Part shown: piece by piece, positions 18,378 to 27,779 of the stretch
Numbering within the stretch: the first letter of the stretch is position 1
Layout: the number at the start of each line of letters is the position of its first letter
Origin: a bacterium
GTDB lineage: Bacteria > Bdellovibrionota_C > UBA2361 > RFPC01
Assembly (NCBI GenBank): GCA_009926305.1
Contig: RFPC01000003.1
Coordinates: forward strand, 17,992 to 81,991
Length of the DNA: 64,000 nt
Reading direction: 5' to 3'
Made by a program: the position numbers and the translations under genes
The notes under the pieces: generated by a model
Databases searched by the model: none
Told to the model about the DNA's origin: nothing
What the model saw: the letters and a program-made list of their open reading frames with translations, nothing else

Positions 18378-19307
18378 ATGTCACATATACCTCAAAACGC
18401 TTCTGAAAGTAAGCGAGCCATTTTTTTTAACATGGAAGGGTGGAAAACAACCCCGTTATCGCAGTGTCTGTCAGATAATGGATGGCAGGTTTCCGGGCTA
18501 AAAGAGGAATACCAGCGGAGTGTTCAGGTTTCTCCCTCGACGTTACTTATCTTTCGGGAAGAAGATCTTATTATGCCCAAGGAATTCGTAGAAACATTGA
18601 TCAATAAAAATGGAGAAGAGCCAAGGATTCTTGTGTTACATCCCTCTAAAGACACATCAAACGGCTACTCATACACTCGAATTGATAAGCTTTTTCCTTC
18701 CGCTCATCATGTAACGTTGCCTATCCAGGAGGACGAGCTCAAAGAGATCTTGAGGGAAGTGGATGGAATGAGGATATCTCATAGTGAGAACTGGATACAT
18801 GTTCCTGATTTTGATGAAGAATATAGACTGACGACGTTAGAGCATCATGAAGCACCATGTTCTCCAAAATTATTTAACTATCTACGACGGCAGGGAATCG
18901 ATGAAAGTAATTTCTTGTTATTAAAGCTCGAGCTGGTATTCCAAGAGGCGATTGCAAATGCCTTTGAACATGGGAATTTAGAGCTCAGGTCGGAATGGAG
19001 GGAATTAATAGGGAGTGATGGGATAGACTATTTCAGCCGAAGAAAAATAGAGCGTTTATCTAGTCGTCGTTATTCGAAGAGGGAGATTTTTGCCTCTCTC
19101 TCACTAAAGAAAGGCAAATTGACCATCGCAATTGAGGACCAGGGGCCAGGATTTGATGTGGATGCAAAGATGATCCCAGATGCGGACGGAGTTGTTCGCT
19201 GTTACGGTCGAGGGCTTTCTCTTATGAATCTTGTCATGGATACCGTAACTTTTAGTAAGGGTGGTCGAAGAGTGGACTTAACGAAGGATTTAAGCAGCGG
19301 AGAATAA
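18378..19307 (+). CDS. anti-sigma regulatory Ser kinase (GHKL HATPase_c, RsbW/SpoIIAB-like) fused to an N-terminal pseudo-receiver-like domain
   Basis: C-terminal FQEAIANAFEHGNLEL ... IAIEDQGPGFD ... GRGLSLM are the GHKL N, G1 and G2 boxes. The N-terminal ~140 aa have a receiver-like alpha/beta pattern (RILVLHPSKD) without an obvious phospho-Asp. Confidence 0.6.
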   Translation: MSHIPQNASESKRAIFFNMEGWKTTPLSQCLSDNGWQVSGLKEEYQRSVQVSPSTLLIFREEDLIMPKEFVETLINKNGEEPRILVLHPSKDTSNGYSYTRIDKLFPSAHHVTLPIQEDELKEILREVDGMRISHSENWIHVPDFDEEYRLTTLEHHEAPCSPKLFNYLRRQGIDESNFLLLKLELVFQEAIANAFEHGNLELRSEWRELIGSDGIDYFSRRKIERLSSRRYSKREIFASLSLKKGKLTIAIEDQGPGFDVDAKMIPDADGVVRCYGRGLSLMNLVMDTVTFSKGGRRVDLTKDLSSGE

Positions 19308-19311
19308 AGAG

Positions 19312-19647
19312 ATGGGGTTAAAGTTTAGGTTAAAGGGACTAGCAGAAACTTTTGTTGACTCGGTTACGTGTCCAGCCTGTGGACGACATGGAACTGATGA
19401 TGATGACTTTATTACTGAGGAAACTCGGGTCACCTTCAGTGGGATTGTCGTCGTGGCTAGCTGTCCGAGTTGTGGAGAGGTTTTTGTCCCCACGTCTCAG
19501 CGTCTTGGGATAGTGAATTCTGTTGCACTTCGCTCTGCTGTCATACAAGACAGCCATGAGACTGGAGAACCTGTTCTATCAGATCTGCAGTCTGTAAAGG
19601 AGGTTATCGAACGAGAGAACGCCGATCGAAAAGGCGATCTGCATTAG
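19312..19647 (+). CDS. zinc-ribbon protein (2x CPxCG), third gene of the partner-switching operon
   Basis: CPACGRHG and CPSCGEVF separated by ~30 aa. It starts 5 nt after the kinase gene. Confidence 0.45.
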   Translation: MGLKFRLKGLAETFVDSVTCPACGRHGTDDDDFITEETRVTFSGIVVVASCPSCGEVFVPTSQRLGIVNSVALRSAVIQDSHETGEPVLSDLQSVKEVIERENADRKGDLH

Positions 19648-19910
19648 CGCTAAAGAGTTGCAGCCATTTCCTCTGCGAAGCTGTAAAAATTGAAAGATAA
19701 TGGTAGCCCTTCGCGTATTAATCAATTCACCACATGTCTGACCGTGACATCAAAAAACCGCACATCACAGAAGCTGGATAGAGCTAACCAGAGGGGTACT
19801 TCTATTACTGTATGATATGTTTCAGGCCGTACATTTTCGTATTGCGATGAAATGCGCTCCCACCCACCTTATTTGTGAGAAGCGATTATGTGCCTTAACA
19901 GAGAAAACGC

Positions 19911-20243
19911 TTAATCCTCCGCGTCGAGCTGTTCATCGATAGGCTGTCCATTTATGGCCTTTCGTAAGAGCTGGCTAGGCTTAAACTTCACTACTCTTCG
20001 AGCTCTTAAGATAATTGATTCGCCTGTTTGAGGATTTCTCCCACGTCTTGGTGGTTTGTATTTCACTTCGTAAGAGCCAAAGCCCGAAAGCATGACTTTG
20101 CTCTCTTTTTCCAGAGCGGCCTTGATTAACTCAATGTAATCTTCAACGATTTGTGTCGCCTTCTGCTTATCAACTGGCATTGTGGCGTAAATAGCATCCG
20201 CAAGATCTGCTTTCGTAAGGCAATATTTATTGTTTCCCATCAC
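19911..20243 (-). CDS. HU/IHF-family DNA-binding protein
   Basis: Beta-arm motif RRGRNPQTGESI and an overall HU/IHF-like fold, with a ~20-aa N-terminal extension (MMGNNKYC...). Confidence 0.8.
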   Translation of the reverse strand: MMGNNKYCLTKADLADAIYATMPVDKQKATQIVEDYIELIKAALEKESKVMLSGFGSYEVKYKPPRRGRNPQTGESIILRARRVVKFKPSQLLRKAINGQPIDEQLDAED

Positions 20244-20696
20244 ATCATCCCCGTACCAGCCCCTTTTAAGGCTGTAGACAGTTAGCTAAAAGAGTCTCTT
20301 TCCTGGCGTAATGAAACAGACGGTGAAGAGCTTCGTGAATCAGAGAAGAGTACTTCCCGCGAACTTCTCAAAATTTGAGTCACTTCAGTAAGTTTCAATC
20401 ACCCAGAACCAAAAACTTTCCACAACTATATGATGCGGAGTTTCTAGCTATAGTTTGGAAAAAATTATGTTTTTCCCGTAAATTACGTGTAACAGATGAC
20501 TTGCTTGGTGGCTATTCTTAAAACGAGGAGGCTTCTCCAGAGCAATACAATGTTTTATAATTGTTCATAGTAAGTCAATTTATGGTCCTTAGTCTCGATA
20601 AGAGATTATGGGTTAGCGGTTCTTTATAAGACTGAGTCGTTCAGGAACCAATGAGTTTCGCGAGTGTACTCAATTTAAAGCGGGATGATTTGAGGA

Positions 20697-21581
20697 GTGT
20701 TTATGAGACATCACTTCGGTGCCCCTTTAAACGAAAAATATCTGTATCTCTTGAGAGTATTAGCTGTGCTCGCAACCGCTTTTCTATTCTCATTGCTTGG
20801 GCTCATAGCCTATCTTTACGTTTCTAGTGGTTCACTAGAGAGTTCGGTAGAACAAACACTTCGAGCAGAGGTAGTTGAGTCGTTTCCTGCTGCTAAAATG
20901 GTCACTGTCTTGGTGCCAATTCAAGAGATTGAAGCGGGAGCCAAGCTTCATCCGTTTATGTTCCGTCAGGAGTCGAGGCCAGAGGTGGGAGTTCCAGATG
21001 GAGCCGTGGATGATTTTAATTTGCTTGAGTCTCGATATGCTCGGGGAATTCTTTTTCCCGGTATGCCCATTGTGCTTTCTCATACTGCAATCGATAAGTC
21101 ACCTAACGAGGTCGTTGAGAGAATTCCTCCTGGTTTTCGAGCAATAACAATTCCACATGATTCAACGCGCGGAAGTCTCTTCATCGGACCAGGTGTCCAA
21201 GTTGATATTAACTGGATCACTCGCCGTAATGATGAGCTCGTTGCAATCTCACTCGTTCAAAATGTAAAAGTTCTTGCGGCCGATGCTCGTACTGAAATAG
21301 CAGAAGAGTCTACGGATTCGGCTCCGTCGACTGTTACTCTCCTTTTACAGACAGAGGATGCGAATAAAGTACAACTTGCTCGTAGCAGTGGTACGATATA
21401 TCTGTCTCTACGTGGAGATGAGGACCCAGAGGAAGTCCCTCAAGCGCCGACGAAGCTGCCAGGGAGCAAAAATACGCCAGAAAAATCACATGATACCGTC
21501 ATTATGGATGGTGTACGTTACTTCTACGTGAACGGAAAACTGGTGAGAGCAGATCAGTTTCAAGATGATATGAATTTCTAG
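20697..21581 (+). CDS. CpaB/RcpC-like (SAF-domain) protein, orphan
   Basis: N-terminal TM, then MVTVLVPIQEIEAGAKLHPFMF (SAF-like) and a VQNVKVLAADART beta-clip region. No other tad/cpa genes are nearby. Confidence 0.45.
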   Translation: MFMRHHFGAPLNEKYLYLLRVLAVLATAFLFSLLGLIAYLYVSSGSLESSVEQTLRAEVVESFPAAKMVTVLVPIQEIEAGAKLHPFMFRQESRPEVGVPDGAVDDFNLLESRYARGILFPGMPIVLSHTAIDKSPNEVVERIPPGFRAITIPHDSTRGSLFIGPGVQVDINWITRRNDELVAISLVQNVKVLAADARTEIAEESTDSAPSTVTLLLQTEDANKVQLARSSGTIYLSLRGDEDPEEVPQAPTKLPGSKNTPEKSHDTVIMDGVRYFYVNGKLVRADQFQDDMNF

Positions 21582-21582
21582 C

Positions 21583-22935
21583 TCATCTTGCTCTACGCCT
21601 CAGAGCCGTTATTACAAATGGATTGTCAATAAATCCCCATAGATATCTATTGCTATCTCGCTGTTTAGTTGGTGTAGGCTGGTCTGAGCGGTTAGGGTGA
21701 CGCTCGAAAAGCTGGGCTAGCCTTTCGTTATCTTCAGCTTCTTTTTTAAACACATGATCCAAGAAGTCCGGCTCTTGTATATTCGGTGCGATCTTCTCGA
21801 GAAATCCCTTCCAGTCATCAAATTCTGAAAACTCAACATAAAGATGACCTGCCTCCTCTACAATTCTTTTCTTCTCGCGCAGTCGCTCAAAATACTTTGC
21901 ATCATGTATAAATTCATCCATAGCAGATGTGATTTCTATGCAAAGCAAGCGGTGCGACTCGGTAGGTTTCAGAATTGATTCTTCGGAAGAACGTGTTTCA
22001 AGGATCTCTAATAAAAAATCGGAACGGAATCGTCTCTTTGTTTCGGTAAATTCTGAATAGGAGACTTGTCGACGATATGATATTTCAAGCCGATCCATTG
22101 TTTCTGCGAAGATATTTTCAAAAGCAGAACTACTTACATTGCTGTTGATGCCGCGAAAGTCCTTAAATCCCATCTCGAGTCTCGCAACCATTTTTTCAGC
22201 AATACGCGGTCGAATTCTCCAATCTGATAGGTATTGAAGGGCAGCATCCGTGCCAGCTTCAACATAGGTTCGATAGCATTCTCGCCTCAGACTCGTCATA
22301 TCGATCTTCACTGGATCAAGAGCTTTCACCGCCCAATCAACCCTTCTATAGAGTTCCCGAGCAAGTGAATAGGTATGTGGGGAGGAATCCTTCATAATTT
22401 TCGGGTGTAGCTTCTCTTTTTCCGTGAGAAGGGCGAGTCCTACCAAGAGTTCAGACCGTTTTTCACCGAGAATCGAGCCAATTGGATCCTCATCAGGGAG
22501 ACTTTTTTCTATGACGGCGAGTCCAAACCGTTGAACCAGTGGTGGAAACTCATGAGGTAGGATGCAAGTTGCATTGAAATAATCTTCTCGTCCCAGTTCA
22601 AGAGACTCCATGGCATTTGCAAGAGTGATCGTTGCTACAAGACCTTGTCGCCATCGCTCAATGACGCCCTTACTTTGTAAGAGCTCGAATCTGATTCTAT
22701 CTTCAATATTCTCGAAGTCGGATACGCTCCATTCATCCGGATTAAATTGACGTTTTCGAATCTCAGCTTCTGAGCGTTGGATGTGCTCAACAAGCATGGT
22801 TTCACACAGTGTTTTTAGTCCATCAGAGTGCTGTTTTTTAACTCCTATGGCCATTTCCTCTGAGCTGAGAGGCAAGTCTTTAGGGCAACGAAATGGCTCA
22901 TGAAGATCGAACTTCCAAGATAGCCAGTGAAGCAT
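21583..22935 (-). CDS. hypothetical protein (450 aa), downstream partner of the SWIM-SNF2 helicase
   Basis: Long ORF co-oriented with the helicase and 122 nt downstream of it. No recognisable motif. Confidence 0.5.
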   Translation of the reverse strand: MLHWLSWKFDLHEPFRCPKDLPLSSEEMAIGVKKQHSDGLKTLCETMLVEHIQRSEAEIRKRQFNPDEWSVSDFENIEDRIRFELLQSKGVIERWRQGLVATITLANAMESLELGREDYFNATCILPHEFPPLVQRFGLAVIEKSLPDEDPIGSILGEKRSELLVGLALLTEKEKLHPKIMKDSSPHTYSLARELYRRVDWAVKALDPVKIDMTSLRRECYRTYVEAGTDAALQYLSDWRIRPRIAEKMVARLEMGFKDFRGINSNVSSSAFENIFAETMDRLEISYRRQVSYSEFTETKRRFRSDFLLEILETRSSEESILKPTESHRLLCIEITSAMDEFIHDAKYFERLREKKRIVEEAGHLYVEFSEFDDWKGFLEKIAPNIQEPDFLDHVFKKEAEDNERLAQLFERHPNRSDQPTPTKQRDSNRYLWGFIDNPFVITALRRRAR

Positions 22936-23057
22936 TTCTTTTGATTCTTCCGTTACTTCCGTAAAAAGACTTGGATCTTGGCACTTGAGCGTCTGTAAGT
23001 CGGAGAGTTTTTGTATTGAGTGAAATTGAATGGCGAAGCCCTCTTGAATATGTCAGC

Positions 23058-26000
23058 TCAGTTCTCTTCCATTGCTGGGAGTTTGAAGAGTTCTTCAAGC
23101 TCTGACTTTGTGAGGTTCAGAGGTGAGGCTGAAGCTTCTTCCTGAATTAGAGATTCAGTGATTCTTTTCTTCTTTGCTTTGAGTTGCATGATTTTCTGTT
23201 CTATCGAGTCTTCAGTAACCAGTCTATAAACTGTCACAGATTTCTTCTGTCCAATTCTATGGGCTCGATCTACTGCCTGTGATTCTACGGCTGGATTCCA
23301 CCATGGATCATAAATGATGACCGTATCCGCTGCAGTGAGGTTTAGACCAGTTCCTCCTGCTTTAAGACTGATCAGGAAAGCACGAACTGACTCGTCTTCA
23401 TTGAAGCGATCAACGAGAGTCTGCCTGTTTTTCGTGCGACCATCGAGATACAAAAACGGGGTCTCAAGTTCTTCTAAGAACTCTCGCATCAAACGTAACA
23501 TCTCTCTGAACTGACTGAAGATCAGAATTTTTCTCCCTGAATTGATGGCCTCAGTGACAACCTCCTTAAACAGCTCGAACTTTCCAGAATCAAGACCTTC
23601 AATCGATTGCAAGTCAGGAATGCTGTGGGGATGGTTACATACCTGTCGAAGCCTCAACAAGGCTGCTAAGATTGAAACGCCTGCCCCCTTTATGCCGCGT
23701 TCTTCGACTGCTTCTAAAACCTGAGGACGGACCTCTTCAACGATCTGTCGATAAATCTCTATTTGCTGAGGCGTCATAGTAACATGAAGCTCTGTTTCTG
23801 TTTTGGGTGGAAGCTCTTTTTCGACTTGATGTTTTAATCGTCTCAGAATGAAGGGAGCAGTTTTCTTACTGAGCAACTCAGCAGAGCGCTCTCCACCCGG
23901 AGTGCCTTCTAGAATTGGCTTCTCCAATTGATTGCGGAAGAATTCAGCCGAGCCGAGATAGCCTGGCATAAGAAAATCAAAGATGCTCCATAGTTCAAGA
24001 GGACGATTCTCAGTAGGTGTTCCTGTTAGCGCAAGGCGGTGATGAGCCTTGAGTGATTTTGCAGCTCGAGTCGTGGCAGCGGTTGGATTTTTGATATTCT
24101 GGGCTTCATCGAGGACGATATATGAAAACTGCATCTCTTGTAGAGCGAGTTTATCAATTCGTAGGAGAGCATAAGAGGTGACTACTATATCGTGCTCTGG
24201 AATAGAGTGAAAAAGCTCTCTCCTTTTGTGACCGTGCAGCAGAAGAGTGCTAAGTCCTGGCGTAAACCTCTCAGCTTCGTACATCCAGTTTACAATAACA
24301 GAGGTGGGCGCAACGATCAGCGCAGGGTGTTTTAATTCCCGTAAGGCGGAGCGACCCTCCTTCAGGTATTGCAAAAATGCCAATGTTTGTACGGTTTTTC
24401 CAAGACCCATTTCATCTGCAAGAATTCCTCCGAGTTCGTATCGATGGAGAAAGTTCATCCAGCTTGTCCCATCGTTCTGATAGGTTCTCAATTTTCCGCG
24501 AAAGTTTTTTGCAATTCTTATCGTTTCGATTTGAGAAAAGTTTTTGAGTCGTCGCGACAGTTGTTCGAAGCTTCTGTCGGCAGAGATCATTACTCTCGAA
24601 TCTTCTGAATGGATGAGTCCCAATGCCTGCGATGGCTGAAGTTTTGTTTTTATTGTATTCGAGAGACGGAAATTCGGCTCTAGAAATCCAAGTGTTGCTT
24701 GCAGGCGACTCAGTCCGCCGGCAGGCACTTGCGCATATGCTCCGCCATCGAGGCGAATCCATCTATCACCAGTATTGTTCCGTAGTTTAAAAAGAGTACT
24801 TAACGGGATATTTGCATTATTTTGAGATAGAGAGATTTTGCAGTGAAACCAGTCAATCGGGCCGCTTTCTTCCTCTGTTTTTGCTACCGAGACATTTAAC
24901 TTAAGGTCTGCAAATTTGATCTGTTTTTGAATATTTTCCAGACCTGATACTTTCCACGGAGCAGGAAAGAGTGATTTCCCCTGCTGTAGCAAATCAAGAG
25001 CAGCATCTCCAGACATTCGGTAACGCCTTCGATCTTTTTGATATGAGAATCCCATTGATTCGAGGGTCTTTCGGTACTTATCCTCTTCTTCTCGGTGGGG
25101 TAGGTATACCAGATCTGGTTCTACGGCTGGATACTGAAAATCAAGAGTCCCTTCAATAACGAGTTCATTTGCTGGGCTCAGGGTCTGGCCGTCCTCTTCA
25201 TTAGACCAGAGCTCTATAGAGGGCTTTGGTGCTTTGATTTTCGTTTTTGGCGTCAGCTCCGGGTTCGTAATATGAACAAACTGTCGACTTTCTTCTTTAA
25301 GAAGTGCTTCTAGAATCGGACCACTCTTCCCTTTTGCCACGGTTATACGTGGTCCATGAGGGAAGAGCGCGGCAAGTTTTGAGGCTGTTGATGATACTCG
25401 AAATAGGGTGTTATCGATGAGTGTCCAGTATGGTCCGGTCCCAACCAGTTCCCCTTCAGCTTCTTTTGAGCTTCCATCTGGCAATTTCCAAATGAAAGAG
25501 ATTTCAGCTGCCGTATCGGTCCAGGTAAGGGATAGGCATCCTTCTAATGCGACATCTTCGGTGGTTAATGGTTTTCGAGAAAGCCCATTGAGAATGGTCT
25601 TAAATTCTTGCAGAAGACCTAAAAGCGAATCGATATGATGGCTTGAATTGACGAACCACTGTTTCCCTTCTTCATCCCATGAGCCTGAGTCCTCAAGCAG
25701 TTGTATGAGAATATTGTCTATCGTTCGGGATGAGCGGGGAGAGAAGCTTTCGAAAAAGTGTGGTTCTTGTTGGTCTCCATCGAAATATACTTGTATTCCG
25801 AGGCGGTCTCCATTGGGTGCGATGCAGACTTCTACGCTTGGGTCGGTATAGGTGTGAACATGGGAGTTCTCTGGCAGGGGGGATGCTTCAGCAACCCGGT
25901 CAAGGACCTCTGCGATTTCAATTGGTCCGCTGGTGTTGACGCGAAAAGCAGACTCTGAGGCAGCGAAGCCGCTATGTGCTTCAAAGAATCCAAGGTCTGA

Positions 26001-26294
26001 TGCGCGCCACAGTGCGGCCACCGAATGAGGGCACCACTGTTCTTCCATTTCTTCACGGGTTGAACACCTGCAGTATGCTTCAACTCGACTCGATGAAACG
26101 ATTTGAAGCGTTACACTAAAGTCCTCTGAGTCTGTTGATCTGACAACTGCGGTAATCGTTGAGTTCACTTTGCTGCATTCAACTACTCGACCATCAATTG
26201 CATAGCCAATCCCCTTATCGACGATAGAGAAGGGGGCTAATCGCTTAAGATACTGGAGTAACTTTGGCTTATTTTCAGAGCTTACTACTGACAT
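23058..26294 (-). CDS. SNF2-family helicase/ATPase with N-terminal SWIM zinc finger
   Basis: SWIM-like CRCSTREEMEEQWCPHSVAALW; helicase motifs LADEMGLGKT (I), LDEAQNIKN (II), a helicase-C region and QKKSVTVYRLVTEDSIEQKI. Confidence 0.85.
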   Translation of the reverse strand: MSVVSSENKPKLLQYLKRLAPFSIVDKGIGYAIDGRVVECSKVNSTITAVVRSTDSEDFSVTLQIVSSSRVEAYCRCSTREEMEEQWCPHSVAALWRASDLGFFEAHSGFAASESAFRVNTSGPIEIAEVLDRVAEASPLPENSHVHTYTDPSVEVCIAPNGDRLGIQVYFDGDQQEPHFFESFSPRSSRTIDNILIQLLEDSGSWDEEGKQWFVNSSHHIDSLLGLLQEFKTILNGLSRKPLTTEDVALEGCLSLTWTDTAAEISFIWKLPDGSSKEAEGELVGTGPYWTLIDNTLFRVSSTASKLAALFPHGPRITVAKGKSGPILEALLKEESRQFVHITNPELTPKTKIKAPKPSIELWSNEEDGQTLSPANELVIEGTLDFQYPAVEPDLVYLPHREEEDKYRKTLESMGFSYQKDRRRYRMSGDAALDLLQQGKSLFPAPWKVSGLENIQKQIKFADLKLNVSVAKTEEESGPIDWFHCKISLSQNNANIPLSTLFKLRNNTGDRWIRLDGGAYAQVPAGGLSRLQATLGFLEPNFRLSNTIKTKLQPSQALGLIHSEDSRVMISADRSFEQLSRRLKNFSQIETIRIAKNFRGKLRTYQNDGTSWMNFLHRYELGGILADEMGLGKTVQTLAFLQYLKEGRSALRELKHPALIVAPTSVIVNWMYEAERFTPGLSTLLLHGHKRRELFHSIPEHDIVVTSYALLRIDKLALQEMQFSYIVLDEAQNIKNPTAATTRAAKSLKAHHRLALTGTPTENRPLELWSIFDFLMPGYLGSAEFFRNQLEKPILEGTPGGERSAELLSKKTAPFILRRLKHQVEKELPPKTETELHVTMTPQQIEIYRQIVEEVRPQVLEAVEERGIKGAGVSILAALLRLRQVCNHPHSIPDLQSIEGLDSGKFELFKEVVTEAINSGRKILIFSQFREMLRLMREFLEELETPFLYLDGRTKNRQTLVDRFNEDESVRAFLISLKAGGTGLNLTAADTVIIYDPWWNPAVESQAVDRAHRIGQKKSVTVYRLVTEDSIEQKIMQLKAKKKRITESLIQEEASASPLNLTKSELEELFKLPAMEEN

Positions 26295-26722
26295 CCGAGG
26301 TAGTGTAGCACGAGTTTCTTATTTACGGGAGCCTCTCAGGGAATGGTGTGGAAGCCAGGGAAAAAGATTGAATTTGGTATTTTGCCAGGGCTTGAAGCAT
26401 GGGCGGAGACAAAAGACTCTCCAAACCATCATGAGTGATGCAGGCTCGGTCATGTGGTGAGTGTGAGGTATGATTGTACGGATTGGATTGGTTTGGTGGT
26501 CACACTGGACCTCGATAGTCTGGACCTCAGGAAACGAGACCTTAGTGGTTTTGGGCAGGAAAACGAGCCCAGAGCAATTGTATTTAAAAAGAGATGAATA
26601 AAAAGAGATGAAAATTAGGGGATAGCGGCAAGGAATTAGCCCAAGTGCACGTCAGTGAGCTTCTTAGCAGGCTCCTTTAGCCAAACCCAGTTAGGCCAGC
26701 CTACTTAGGCCAGCCGAGGAAG

Positions 26723-26938
26723 TTAGCTCAGCGACTCTTCCAGCTGACTTATGCGAGCTGCACCAGCCTCACTTGGTCTTGCTTGTGGCCCTTGGCTAGC
26801 GACTAAACCTTCAATAAGTTTACCGAAGGTCTCCTCGCTGAGCACTACTTGTGGCTCTACCTGCGGCTGCGGCTGTAAGTTCGGCTGCGGCTGTAAGTTT
26901 TCTGTTCCTATTCTGGGATCTTGAGTAACTGCTAACAC
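26723..26938 (-). CDS. possible small repeat-containing protein (71 aa, PQ-rich NLQPQPNLQPQPQVEPQV)
   Basis: An ORF that spans the tandem DNA repeat. Coding status is uncertain. Confidence 0.2.
   Translation of the reverse strand: MLAVTQDPRIGTENLQPQPNLQPQPQVEPQVVLSEETFGKLIEGLVASQGPQARPSEAGAARISQLEESLS
26861..26899. repeat. tandem direct repeat, 2 copies of (c)ggctgcggctgtaagtt
   Basis: ctgcggctgcggctgtaagtt followed by cggctgcggctgtaagtt, read directly from the sequence. Confidence 0.6.
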
Positions 26939-27198
26939 AAATCACCTATTACTTTATGGCACTAAAGTGCGTTATACCGAGAAACAATCTTCGCCTCAAG
27001 ATATCTTTACGAATCTTAGGCCTATAACTTTCCGATGCTCTACCAATAAAATCGATAAACGAAACTAGAGCGAATCAGAATGATTGTTCTCTGCCTAAGT
27101 AAGAGCCCTCTTACCATATGGCATCTCCCATATTAAAACCCCTTTATAAATCTTAGTCAAACAATATTGCTGTTAGTATAAATACCTAATTTTTAATG

Positions 27199-27624
27199 CT
27201 ATTTACCCTTCATCGCGATAATGTCCCACTTTATGGAATGGGATTTTGGTCTTGTTCCGACATATGAGAAAAGAACGCCGTTTGGCTCGTTGTCCAGGCG
27301 GATTCGCCCTATCAGCCTCTTTTGAAGGAGGCGATTATCTTTGAAAAAACGGAGAATGAGAGTCGTAGGACCAGTGCCATGCACCCGTCCGCGCCAGTGA
27401 CCAGTACTTTTCCCCTCTGCCCTAAACTGAACGGCACTGACTTTCGGATACTGATAAGATTCAACTGCTTGATTTAATGCTTCTTTTTGCCTCGGTGATG
27501 CCCATACTGCAGTGTCTAGAAACGTAAAGGGAATTGCGAGAACAATTATACCGAATGCATTGGTGATCAGACTACGTCGGGGGCGAGAGATGGAACGGAA
27601 AGTCCAGTGATCATTTTTTCTCAT
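27199..27624 (-). CDS. hypothetical signal-anchored protein (141 aa)
   Basis: N-terminal TM/signal ITNAFGIIVLAIPFTFL. No known motif. Confidence 0.4.
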   Translation of the reverse strand: MRKNDHWTFRSISRPRRSLITNAFGIIVLAIPFTFLDTAVWASPRQKEALNQAVESYQYPKVSAVQFRAEGKSTGHWRGRVHGTGPTTLILRFFKDNRLLQKRLIGRIRLDNEPNGVLFSYVGTRPKSHSIKWDIIAMKGK

Positions 27625-27779
27625 TCTGAAAGGACTCCCTTAAAACACGCCTGAGAATAACTGTGTCAGAATTTATTCCTTAAGCCCAGAGAACTCTTTT
27701 ATTTCGTTCTATTGATGCCTGATAGCTGAGTGGGTATATCTCAGAAGGCATAACCTATGAACATCAAGGACAATCTCCG

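Noticed and set aside
21583-26294. Calling the SNF2 helicase locus a DISARM or BREX defence system
   Set aside because: No methyltransferase, DUF1998, PLD-nuclease or PglZ partner genes are present. Only an unknown 450-aa partner accompanies the helicase. It is kept as an open finding rather than a named system.
26861-26899. CRISPR-like repeat
   Set aside because: There are only two tandem copies with no spacers, and the repeat encodes a PQ-rich peptide repeat. It is not a CRISPR array.
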